DNA of 64,000 bases, taken from the NCBI GenBank assembly GCA_965246155.1, contig CBDFCT010000001.1, forward strand, positions 3,501-67,500. Direction: 5' to 3'. Origin of the DNA: an uncultured Candidatus Saccharibacteria bacterium (GTDB taxonomy: Bacteria; Patescibacteriota; Saccharimonadia; Saccharimonadales; Saccharimonadaceae). Below are positions 56,425 to 64,000 of this stretch, piece after piece (position 1 is the stretch's first letter; the number at the start of each line of letters is the position of its first letter). Both the position numbers and the translations under genes were made by a program. The notes beneath the pieces were generated by a model, which saw nothing but the letters and a program-made list of their open reading frames with translations, had not been told where the DNA came from and ran no database searches.

Positions 56425-57975
56425 ATGACCAAGTATTATCTAACGACAGCGATTCCTTACGCTAATGCGGCGCCGCATATCGGTACGGCGATTGATTACC
56501 TATACGGCGATATCTTGTTGCGCTACCAGCTGCTCAGGGGCAAGCAGGCAAAGTTATCCATCGGGACGGATGAGCACGGCACTAAGATTGAGCAGAAGGC
56601 GGCAGCGAGCGGGCAGACGCCTCAACAGCTGGTTGATCAGCTTCAGCCTGAGTTTCAGCGAATGCGTCAGGCGCTTGAGCTGAATTTCGGCGCACCGCTT
56701 AGTCAGGTCGGGGCGGAGCTGGCCAAGCAGGATTTTGCTACTCAGAATATTGTTAACATTCGTACCTCCGACCCGCTCCATGTCAAGCGAGTTCAGGCTA
56801 TCTGGCGTCGGCTGGATCAGGCGGGGGTGATCTATAAATCGACTTATCAGGGCTGGTACTGTGCCGGCTGTGAGGCTTTTGTGACTGAGAGTGAGGCTAG
56901 AGAACATGATTTTATTTGTCCTGATCACAGTAAGCCATACGAAAAGCTGAGTGAAGATAATTATTACCTGGCGGTATCTAAGTTTACCGATCAGCTCAGA
57001 GAGTTCATTAAGGCGACTGTTGTACCGGAATTTCGGGGCAAAGAACTCCTGGAGCTATTAAAAGATGGGGCGCAGGATGTCTCTATCTCACGACCTGCCG
57101 ACAAATTAAGCTGGGGAGTGGCGGTACCCGGTGATCCATCGCAAGTGATGTATGTCTGGGTTGATGCTTTATCTAATTACCTAACGGTGCTGGGATATCC
57201 GGATGAGAAGTGGCATGATGACTATTGGCCGGCTCAGGTCGAGATCGTTGGTAAGGATATCCTGCGCTTCCATGCGATTATCTGGCCGGCTATGCTTTTG
57301 GCACTAGGCTTGCCTTTGCCGGAGAAACTGATGGTACACGGCTTTATCAATGTCAATGGTAGCAAAATGAGTAAGTCGATCGGTAATGTGATCAGCCCGC
57401 TGGAAATCATTGACGACTATGGTGTTGACGCCTTTCGCTACTATTTTACGGCGCATGTGCCAACGTTTGAGGATGGCAACTTTAGCTGGGATAAGTTTGA
57501 GTCAGCCTATAACGGCGAGCTGGCCAACGACTTGGGTAATCTGCTGGCCAGGGTGATCGCCATGATCCGCAAGTACTTCGGCGGTAATCTCAGCTTTGTC
57601 AGCGATGATAATGAACTGAAAGACCAGGCGGAGACTCTGCTAGGTAACTATAAGGTGGCGATGGATGGACTTAATCTGCATGATGCCGTGCTGGCTGTCA
57701 TGGAGTATGTTCATGAGCTAAACCAATACATTGAACGTTCGGCGCCCTGGCAGGTGGCAAAGCTGGAAGATAAGTCAGAGAGGCAGGCTCGACTAGATCA
57801 AGTATTCTCGACATTGGTTAACGGGCTACTGCTGGTAGCCAAGTATCTATCACCTTTCCTACCTGATACCGCCCAGCAGCTCCATCAGGCAGTCGGGGGT
57901 GACAGCGTGCCGGAGACTACGCCGATTATCTTTCCCAAAAAGTATCTTCACAGTGAATCGGCTAAGCATGACTAG
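56425..57975 (+). CDS. metG: Methionyl-tRNA synthetase
   Basis: YLTTAIPYANAAPHIGT (HIGH-type), KMSKSIGN (KMSKS). TATAAT plus 6 nt to the ATG. Confidence 0.95.
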   Translation: MTKYYLTTAIPYANAAPHIGTAIDYLYGDILLRYQLLRGKQAKLSIGTDEHGTKIEQKAAASGQTPQQLVDQLQPEFQRMRQALELNFGAPLSQVGAELAKQDFATQNIVNIRTSDPLHVKRVQAIWRRLDQAGVIYKSTYQGWYCAGCEAFVTESEAREHDFICPDHSKPYEKLSEDNYYLAVSKFTDQLREFIKATVVPEFRGKELLELLKDGAQDVSISRPADKLSWGVAVPGDPSQVMYVWVDALSNYLTVLGYPDEKWHDDYWPAQVEIVGKDILRFHAIIWPAMLLALGLPLPEKLMVHGFINVNGSKMSKSIGNVISPLEIIDDYGVDAFRYYFTAHVPTFEDGNFSWDKFESAYNGELANDLGNLLARVIAMIRKYFGGNLSFVSDDNELKDQAETLLGNYKVAMDGLNLHDAVLAVMEYVHELNQYIERSAPWQVAKLEDKSERQARLDQVFSTLVNGLLLVAKYLSPFLPDTAQQLHQAVGGDSVPETTPIIFPKKYLHSESAKHD

Positions 57976-58804
57976 GGCCGGATGTTCGGCGGATACGCAC
58001 TGTCATATCCATAGTTCGGATTACCCACTGGGTCCGAGCGAAGTGCTGACGTCTGCTTTAGATAGTGGCGTTAGTCGGATCATTACCATGGGGTGCGACC
58101 CGGCGGATAGTGAACTGGCGGTTCGCTATGCACTGGAGCAAGGTCAGCCCGAGGGGCTGATACTCAGAGCCGGTGTGGGGATTTATCCTCATCAGGCGGG
58201 CGACTTTCGCCCTAGCGATATTGATCGGTTGCAGACACTAATTGACACTAGTAGGCGGGTGATTGCGGCGGTGGGCGAGGTCGGGCTGGATTATTGTTAT
58301 GACACCGTCCCACCTGCCAAGCAATTGGAGGCTCTTGAAGCATTGATCCAGTTGTCGCTCGACAATGCTTTGCCGCTGTCGCTTCATGTTCGATCCGGTG
58401 ACTACGGCGATGCCTTTGCTGATTTTTGGGCACTACTTAGTAATTTTCCGCATAGTGTCAGTGGAGTGGTGCATTCCTTTACCGACAGTCAAGCCAACCT
58501 CGAGCAGGTGCTTAAGCGTGACTTGAGTATCGGCGTTAACGGTATTATCACCTTTAACCGTGACCCGACCTTGGCGGAGGTGTATCGGACCGTTCCGCTT
58601 GATCGAGTGGTGCTAGAGACCGATTCACCTTATCTGGCGCCCGTACCTTATCGGGGTAAGACGAATCAACCGAAATACATCCGACAGATTGCCGAGCGAT
58701 TGGCTGAAGTGCGAGGTATGTCCCTGGCGCAACTGACAGAAGTAGTGGCTGGTAATGTCGAACGAATATTTCATCTGTCAACTACTGATGCCGAGCTCAG
58801 CTAG
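57968..58804 (+). CDS. tatD: TatD-family metal-dependent hydrolase
   Basis: DTHCH, GEVGLDY, SLHVR, VHSF, ETDSPYL motifs. ATG 57968 overlaps the metG stop. Confidence 0.85.
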   Translation: MTRAGCSADTHCHIHSSDYPLGPSEVLTSALDSGVSRIITMGCDPADSELAVRYALEQGQPEGLILRAGVGIYPHQAGDFRPSDIDRLQTLIDTSRRVIAAVGEVGLDYCYDTVPPAKQLEALEALIQLSLDNALPLSLHVRSGDYGDAFADFWALLSNFPHSVSGVVHSFTDSQANLEQVLKRDLSIGVNGIITFNRDPTLAEVYRTVPLDRVVLETDSPYLAPVPYRGKTNQPKYIRQIAERLAEVRGMSLAQLTEVVAGNVERIFHLSTTDAELS

Positions 58805-58982
58805 GGTGTTAGCTTTTATGCTATACTGGAGTAAACGGGGTTAGTGCCTGTTTTAGGTTATAAGGAGTAAAGGAGGGTGGCCGGATTAAGCTATAGCTAA
58901 CACATTTGACTACGACTTGAGATAAGTTTAAGATCCGGGGTCTGATTAGGACTCGGATTGATATCTGATTAAAGGAGGAAAA

Positions 58983-59729
58983 ATGAAAATAACATGTACG
59001 AGGAAGCGAAGCAGGCTGGCGACGCTGCTACTGGCGCTAGTGTTGGTGCCGGCGATGATGCTCGGTGTAGTCTCGACACTTTCGCAACCGGCGAAAGCGG
59101 ATACCACATACCCCATTCATGTGACTAATGGTACCGCCAAGCTTGGTGGCACCAGCGTGGTAGCTGCAGCGGCCGGTCAGACCATTCAGCTTGTGGCTGA
59201 TCCTGCACCGGCCGGTCAGGTGTTTGATGCCTGGACTGTATTGGAAGGTATTAATCTTAGCGATCTGGCCAGTAAGACCAGCCCGGTTACTGCCTTCATC
59301 ATGCCGGACAAACCGGTTAACGTTAGGGCTATGTTTAAGTCCGGTACACCGCTTCCGACCACATATAGCCTAAATACCAGCGTTAGCGGTGGTCACGGTA
59401 CGATCTCGCCCAGCAAGACGAACATTACGGCAGGTAGCATGGAGGCCGTTGTCTTCACACCGGAATCCGGCTATGAGATCGACAAAGTGACGGTCAACGG
59501 CTCGGTGGCTAATGTGACCGGTGATACCCTAAATATAGCTATGGACAGCGACAAGACCGTAGTAGTAACCTACAGGAAGATTGCCGGCGGCGGCAACCCC
59601 GCTCAGCCGGGTAATCCCGGTACTCCGGGCAACCCCGCTCAGCCAGGTCAACCGGCTCGACCGACTGTCAATAAGAATAAAGGCAAGTCACCTGTGCCGG
59701 CAGCACCCAACACTGCGGCCGAAGCCTAG
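58983..59729 (+). CDS. Secreted protein with InlB-B-repeat-like (Listeria/Bacteroides repeat) domains and a Pro-rich C-terminus ending APNTAAEA
   Basis: Signal peptide ...SQPAKA. Repeats of the type ...GHGTISPS...GYEIDKVTVNG. Strong SD AAAGGAGGAAAA. Confidence 0.55.
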   Translation: MKITCTRKRSRLATLLLALVLVPAMMLGVVSTLSQPAKADTTYPIHVTNGTAKLGGTSVVAAAAGQTIQLVADPAPAGQVFDAWTVLEGINLSDLASKTSPVTAFIMPDKPVNVRAMFKSGTPLPTTYSLNTSVSGGHGTISPSKTNITAGSMEAVVFTPESGYEIDKVTVNGSVANVTGDTLNIAMDSDKTVVVTYRKIAGGGNPAQPGNPGTPGNPAQPGQPARPTVNKNKGKSPVPAAPNTAAEA

Positions 59730-59757
59730 TAGATCGGTGGAGATCTTTAGCATAAAA

Positions 59758-59788
59758 ATAGTAGCCTCAAAAGAGGCTGCTATTTTTT
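59758..59788 (+). terminator. Rho-independent terminator
   Basis: 11-bp stem ATAGTAGCCTC / GAGGCTGCTAT (one G-U pair), loop AAAA, TTTTT. Confidence 0.75.
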
Positions 59789-59856
59789 ATGGCCAAGTCC
59801 GGTCGGTTCAATCTATGGGTGCCGGACCGCTTAAGCTGAGCGGCATCGGCGTATGG

Positions 59857-59930
59857 TATAATGCTAGGTATGAAATTATAGAACACTCAACTAGGGGGTA
59901 ATTAGTTTAATCTGTGAAAGGTGTTCTATG
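59857..59930 (+). promoter_or_regulatory. Promoter, leaderless 3-codon mini-ORF (MKL*) and start-codon-sequestering hairpin upstream of the ABC-F gene
   Basis: TGGTATAAT (-10 at 59857-59862) plus 7 nt to ATG AAA TTA TAG (59870-59881). ATAGAACAC (59878-59886) pairs perfectly with GTGTTCTAT (59921-59929), which covers the SD 3' end and the AUG at 59928. Confidence 0.45.
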
Positions 59931-61286
59931 CTTAAAATCTCTAACTTATCTTTTTCTTATGGTAGCGAGACGATACTTGATCGACTCAGCTTGAATCTAC
60001 CCAGCCGGGGGCTAGTAGCCATCATCGGTGATAATGGAACAGGCAAGACGACCTTGCTACGTTTGATTGCCGGTCAATTGACTCCGGACGATGGTTCAAT
60101 CCGGTTGACGGGACGGGTAGGCTGTCTGCCACAAGATCATCATGACGATACCCTGTCGGGTGGGGAAGCCGTCCGAGCTAAGCTAAGGGAGCTGTTTGAG
60201 GCTCACTACGATTGTTTACTGCTGGACGAGCCGACCAATAATCTGGATGCTCGGGCGAGGCAATGGCTAGTAGACGAACTACGACGGTTTAACGGCCTGG
60301 CAATAATAGTTAGTCACGATCGGCGTTTCATTGACGCTGTAGCTAGCAGCCTGGTGGTGATCAAGGCCGGCAAAGCTAAACTGTATGGAGGCAACTACGG
60401 CGACTATCAAGAGCGGATCAAACAGGCTGAAACGGAGCAGTGGGGAGAATACGCTAAAGCAAAACTGGAGCGTAAACGCTTGAATAAACGTATGATGGCG
60501 GCTAAGTCACGGGCGCATAGTGCTGATAATAGCCACTTCGATAAGCTGAAACATGAAGATAAAGGTGCTTTCAAAAATGCTAAGAGCGGAAAGCAAAGTA
60601 GAGCCGGCAAGGAAATTCGAGCTGTCAAGACCAGGCTGGATCAGCTGGCCGGTGTCGAGAGGCCGACCGTACGTAAGGCCTATCGGGCTAACTTTACTGC
60701 TGAACAGCTGGGCGACCGCCGGATTTTAGCGGTAGACGGCTTGACTAAGAGTTACCGGAAGAGCCTATTTCGAGAGATTAGTTTTACCGTGCGAACGGGT
60801 GGGCGAGTCAGAATCATTGGCAACAACGGAACAGGCAAGACGACCTTGCTGCGAATTATTATCGGTCAGCTGGCTCCGGACAGCGGCACTGTCAAGATAA
60901 CGACCGGTGTGCGCTATGGCTACGTGGCGCAGTGTGTCTATGGACTGGACCTTGAGCGAAATCTACTCAGCCAAGCAGATGCTGAGGCTAGCGAGATCTA
61001 CCAAGCTGCTTCGACGATGGATCTGAGCCCAACTGCAGTGGCAGTGCCACTCAATCAATTGTCACGAGGACAGCTAACCAAGATGGCGGTCTTAAAACTA
61101 ATCTTGGATCGACTTGATCTGATAATCCTTGATGAACTAACCAACCATCTGGATATCCGGGCTAGAGAGAATATTGAGCGGGCTTTAGCAGAGTATCCCG
61201 GAGCGATCGTCTATGCCACCCATGATGAGGTTTTGGCTCAGGCGTTAGGGGTGGATAAGCAGGTTGCTCTATCGACGTCAGGATAA
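59928..61286 (+). CDS. ABC-F family ATPase (two NBDs, Lys/Arg-rich interdomain linker, no TM domain)
   Basis: NBD1 GDNGTGKTT / LSGGE / LLLDEPTNNLD and NBD2 GNNGTGKTT / LSRGQ / IILDELTNHLD, with an ~90-aa basic linker between them. Confidence 0.85.
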   Translation: MLKISNLSFSYGSETILDRLSLNLPSRGLVAIIGDNGTGKTTLLRLIAGQLTPDDGSIRLTGRVGCLPQDHHDDTLSGGEAVRAKLRELFEAHYDCLLLDEPTNNLDARARQWLVDELRRFNGLAIIVSHDRRFIDAVASSLVVIKAGKAKLYGGNYGDYQERIKQAETEQWGEYAKAKLERKRLNKRMMAAKSRAHSADNSHFDKLKHEDKGAFKNAKSGKQSRAGKEIRAVKTRLDQLAGVERPTVRKAYRANFTAEQLGDRRILAVDGLTKSYRKSLFREISFTVRTGGRVRIIGNNGTGKTTLLRIIIGQLAPDSGTVKITTGVRYGYVAQCVYGLDLERNLLSQADAEASEIYQAASTMDLSPTAVAVPLNQLSRGQLTKMAVLKLILDRLDLIILDELTNHLDIRARENIERALAEYPGAIVYATHDEVLAQALGVDKQVALSTSG

Positions 61287-61419
61287 GGATAGCTTAGGTA
61301 GACAAATGATGTGCGTTGCTTGTGTCGGTACTTGGGCGGCACAACCGGCTCTAGCCCGGTCGTGCTTGGCTGAGGTGTGCTATATGGTGGCTGAGTAATC
61401 TAGTGGTATCATAGAGGTA

Positions 61420-62571
61420 ATGGTTTATTTAGATTATGCGGCGGCTACTCCGGTGGATGAGCGAGTCCTCCGAGCGATGATGCCGTATTTTACTGATAAG
61501 TTTTATAATCCGTCGGCACCATATCTTGCGGCAACTCAAGTACGGCAAGATGTTGAGCGGGCCAGGTCTGAGCTGGCTCGTTGCATTGGAGCTAGGTCAG
61601 CTGAGGTGGTGATGACTGCCGGAGCGACTGAATCGGTTAATCTGGCGCTAAATGGAGTCTCGGGCAAGGTGATAACTCTGGCGACGGAGCATCCGGCCGT
61701 GCTTAATGCGGTGCAGGCCGGAGGTGGCGTAATCTTGCCTGTTCGGCCTGATGGCCGGGTGGAGCTAAAGCAGCTGGCGGAATCAATTGATGATGAGGTT
61801 GGTCTGGTATCGGTCGGCTATGTTAATGGTGAGACCGGTGTCGTTCAGCCGCTGAAAGATATTGCCATGGTCATAGACCAAGTGAGAGCTGATCGGCAAA
61901 AACGTAATGTAGCTCAGCCGATCCTGCTACATAGCGACGCCTCGCAGGCGGCGGGACTACTGGATCTCAATGTAGCCAGGCTGGGGGTTGATTTGCTGAC
62001 TCTTAATGCGGCTAAGTGCTATGGTCCAAAGCAGGTGGGGCTACTCTATGTCCGGGCAGGAGTCAAGCTCAAGCCTTTGATTGTCGGTGGCGGCCAAGAG
62101 ATGGGGCTACGGGGCGGTACGGAAAATGTAGCCGGTATCATTGGCTTCGCTAAGGCTCTGGTGCTGGCGGAGGAGCGTCGCCACAGTGAGGTCGGGCGCT
62201 TGGGCCAGCTACGTCAGAGTCTAAAGCAGAGCCTAATGAAGCATTTGGCAGGTATTCGTTTTAATGAGAGTGACAATAATTCGCCCGCCATCCTCAATAT
62301 TTCTATCGCCGGAGTGGATGGCGAGAGAGTGGTCTTCGCTCTGGATGAGCTGGGGGTGCAAGTGGCGACAGGGTCTGCCTGCGCCGCAAACAAAGGGCGT
62401 CGCAGTCACGTTTTGCTGGCTATGGGGCGAAGTGAGGCTGAGGTGGATGGGTCGCTTCGTTTGTCGCTCGGTCGGCTAACGACTGAGGACGACGTAGTGC
62501 AAGCAAGCGAGCTAATCGTACGAGCCGTCAGCGAACAGAGCAAATTTGGGGTGGTAGGATATGGGGCGTAA
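61420..62571 (+). CDS. Cysteine desulfurase (NifS/IscS class V aminotransferase)
   Basis: YLDYAA.TP, HSDASQA, PLP-Lys in NAAKCYGPK, catalytic Cys in ATGSACA. Confidence 0.9.
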   Translation: MVYLDYAAATPVDERVLRAMMPYFTDKFYNPSAPYLAATQVRQDVERARSELARCIGARSAEVVMTAGATESVNLALNGVSGKVITLATEHPAVLNAVQAGGGVILPVRPDGRVELKQLAESIDDEVGLVSVGYVNGETGVVQPLKDIAMVIDQVRADRQKRNVAQPILLHSDASQAAGLLDLNVARLGVDLLTLNAAKCYGPKQVGLLYVRAGVKLKPLIVGGGQEMGLRGGTENVAGIIGFAKALVLAEERRHSEVGRLGQLRQSLKQSLMKHLAGIRFNESDNNSPAILNISIAGVDGERVVFALDELGVQVATGSACAANKGRRSHVLLAMGRSEAEVDGSLRLSLGRLTTEDDVVQASELIVRAVSEQSKFGVVGYGA

Positions 62572-63163
62572 ACTGGCGGTGCTGGCCGGGTCAATCGTAG
62601 TAGTATTAGTGATAGTCGTCTGTACGATCAACCGGGTTTTGAATGAAGATGATCTGTCGGCCTGTGTCGCTCCCTCGGTATTAGACAACTGCACCACGGC
62701 GGATACCATCGTAGCGGTCAGTGGAGGCGACACCGAAGCTCGAGCGATTATGGCTATTCGGCTCTTTAAGGCGGGCTGGGCTCGACACATTATCTTTAGC
62801 GGCGCCTCAGCCGACCCTGATTCTATCTCGAACGCCGAGGCGATGCGACGGCTAGCTATTGAGGCCGGTATACCCAGGCGCCTGATTACCGTAGAGGAGA
62901 AGAGTCGAGACACCAAAGAAAATGCCGAGAATACGGTCAAGATCTTGCACGAACTGCGAGCCAAGAATGTTATCTTGGTCAGCAGCCCGTACCATCTCAA
63001 GAGAGTTAAGCTCAACTTTGAGTATGTCGATGACACAATTTACTACCGGACTATGCCGGCTAACGATAAACTGTGGCATAGATGGTTCTTAACCAAACAC
63101 GGTTGGGCTATCGCTATTACCGAGCTACTCGGCATCGCTAAAGTGAACGCAGAGTCAGAATGA
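62561..63163 (+). CDS. DUF218 (YdcF/ElyC-like) protein with N-terminal TM helix
   Basis: IVAVSGGD..., IIFSG..., SRDTKENA, LVSSPYHLKR motifs. It overlaps both neighbouring genes. Confidence 0.7.
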   Translation: MGRKLAVLAGSIVVVLVIVVCTINRVLNEDDLSACVAPSVLDNCTTADTIVAVSGGDTEARAIMAIRLFKAGWARHIIFSGASADPDSISNAEAMRRLAIEAGIPRRLITVEEKSRDTKENAENTVKILHELRAKNVILVSSPYHLKRVKLNFEYVDDTIYYRTMPANDKLWHRWFLTKHGWAIAITELLGIAKVNAESE

Positions 63164-64000
63164 GCCGAATCTACGTTGGTATGTCGGGCGGGGTGGACTC
63201 GTCATTAACTGCGGCCTTGCTGGTTCGACAGGGCTACGATGTGACGGGTGTCTACATGCAGAACTGGATCAATGACGTGCCCGGCATGCGTTGTCCGTGG
63301 GCTGACGACTTAGCTGATGCTAAGCGGGTGGCGGTTCACTTGGGTATCCCCTTCAAAGTATTTGATTTTCGTCATGAATATAAGCAGCTGGTAGTTGATT
63401 ATATGATCGGGGAGTATCAGGCGGGTCGGACACCAAATCCGGATATCATGTGTAATCAGGAGGTTAAATTCGGACTATTTCGTCAGGCGGCACTTAGGGA
63501 CGGCGCAGAGCAAATTGCGACGGGGCACTATGCTCGTTCGCAGGGAAGTCGGCTAATGCGGGCAGTCAACCAGGATAAAGACCAAACGTATTTTCTGTAT
63601 CGGATTACCGGCGAGGCGGTGGCTCAGACTATCTTTCCTCTCGGTAATTATCGGACTAAAGCTGAGGTGCGGGCTGATGCCGAACGGCTAGGGCTTAGCA
63701 CCGCCGGAAAGCCTGACTCTCAGGGGATTTGTTTTGTCGGCACCGTGAATATGCGGGACTTTCTCAGGCAATATATTCGGACTGAGCCCGGTGAGATTAT
63801 CGATCAAGAGACGGGTCGTCATGTGGGTGAGCATGACGGGGCGATCTTCTATACCCTAGGACAACGTCATGGACTGAATGTCGGTGGAGGCTTGCCGTAT
63901 TATGTGGTAGGTAAAGATATGGGGCGCAATATAGTTTATGTCAGTCGTCGGCTTGACAGCGAGGTATTTTGGCGCAACGAACTGACTTTGTCACAACTAA
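63160..64000 (+). CDS. mnmA: tRNA 2-thiouridine(34) synthase MnmA (3' end outside window)
   Basis: Not in the ORF track because there is no stop. ATG 63160 overlaps the TGA of the upstream gene. The translation reads MSRIYVGMSGGVDSS (PP-loop) ...GRTPNPDIMCN... Confidence 0.9.
   Translation, partial: MSRIYVGMSGGVDSSLTAALLVRQGYDVTGVYMQNWINDVPGMRCPWADDLADAKRVAVHLGIPFKVFDFRHEYKQLVVDYMIGEYQAGRTPNPDIMCNQEVKFGLFRQAALRDGAEQIATGHYARSQGSRLMRAVNQDKDQTYFLYRITGEAVAQTIFPLGNYRTKAEVRADAERLGLSTAGKPDSQGICFVGTVNMRDFLRQYIRTEPGEIIDQETGRHVGEHDGAIFYTLGQRHGLNVGGGLPYYVVGKDMGRNIVYVSRRLDSEVFWRNELTLSQL

Noticed and set aside
59581-59901. 106-aa ORF 59581-59901(+).
   Set aside because: It is out of frame over the 3' end of the surface-protein gene and reads through a strong terminator and the ABC-F promoter. 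It is not a plausible gene.

Overview
This is a gene-dense 64-kb chromosomal window, by eye about 50% GC, from a small-genome bacterium. No database search was run. All family calls come from motifs I can read in the translations, and hand-counted motif coordinates may be off by 1-2 nt.

Organism (inference only): probably a Patescibacteria/CPR organism, plausibly Saccharibacteria-like. Supporting content:
- compact housekeeping genes
- a glycolytic core (gpmA, eno, pyk-pgk-tpiA)
- HrcA/CIRCE heat-shock control
- a Gram-positive-like rpfB/yabE-ksgA-metG-tatD neighbourhood
- a type IV pilin
- several large secreted or anchored repeat proteins
- almost no biosynthesis

Content: about 60 CDS (two cut by the window ends) and 6 tRNAs: CAT, Gly-TCC, Arg-TCT, Arg-CCG, Arg-TCG and Glu-TTC. 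There is no rRNA and no CRISPR. Standard code is inferred because TGA terminates full-length conserved genes.

Main observations:
1. An AT-rich islet (about 12.5-14.3 kb) carries a leaderless two-gene cassette, a GHKL/SpoIIAB-like ATPase plus a small STAS-like protein. It sits beside a decayed type I R-M HsdS fragment and an IS30-like fragment. This is the best candidate for an uncharacterised partner-switch or defence-type system.
2. Promoter architecture is pervasive. TGnTATAAT boxes lie 6-7 nt upstream of start codons (leaderless mRNAs) and 8-11 nt upstream of mature tRNA 5' ends.
3. The hrcA-grpE-dnaK-dnaJ operon is split by two inserted genes into three units. Each unit has its own CIRCE operator overlapping the -35 box.
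4. An ABC-F gene is preceded by a leaderless 3-codon mini-ORF and a hairpin that sequesters its start codon, which looks like a translational attenuator.
5. A tRNA-Arg 3'-end duplication with hairpin repeats (att-like scars) lies next to an AT-rich AAA+/DUF4143-type gene.
6. Unusual surface proteins are present: an internally duplicated RCC1-like protein, a lamin-tail-domain protein with six 2-Cys mini-repeats translationally coupled to ruvC, and a shared C-terminal PNT[GA] motif.
7. A promoter-to-terminator unit with no ORF between gpmA and ruvB is a candidate small RNA.
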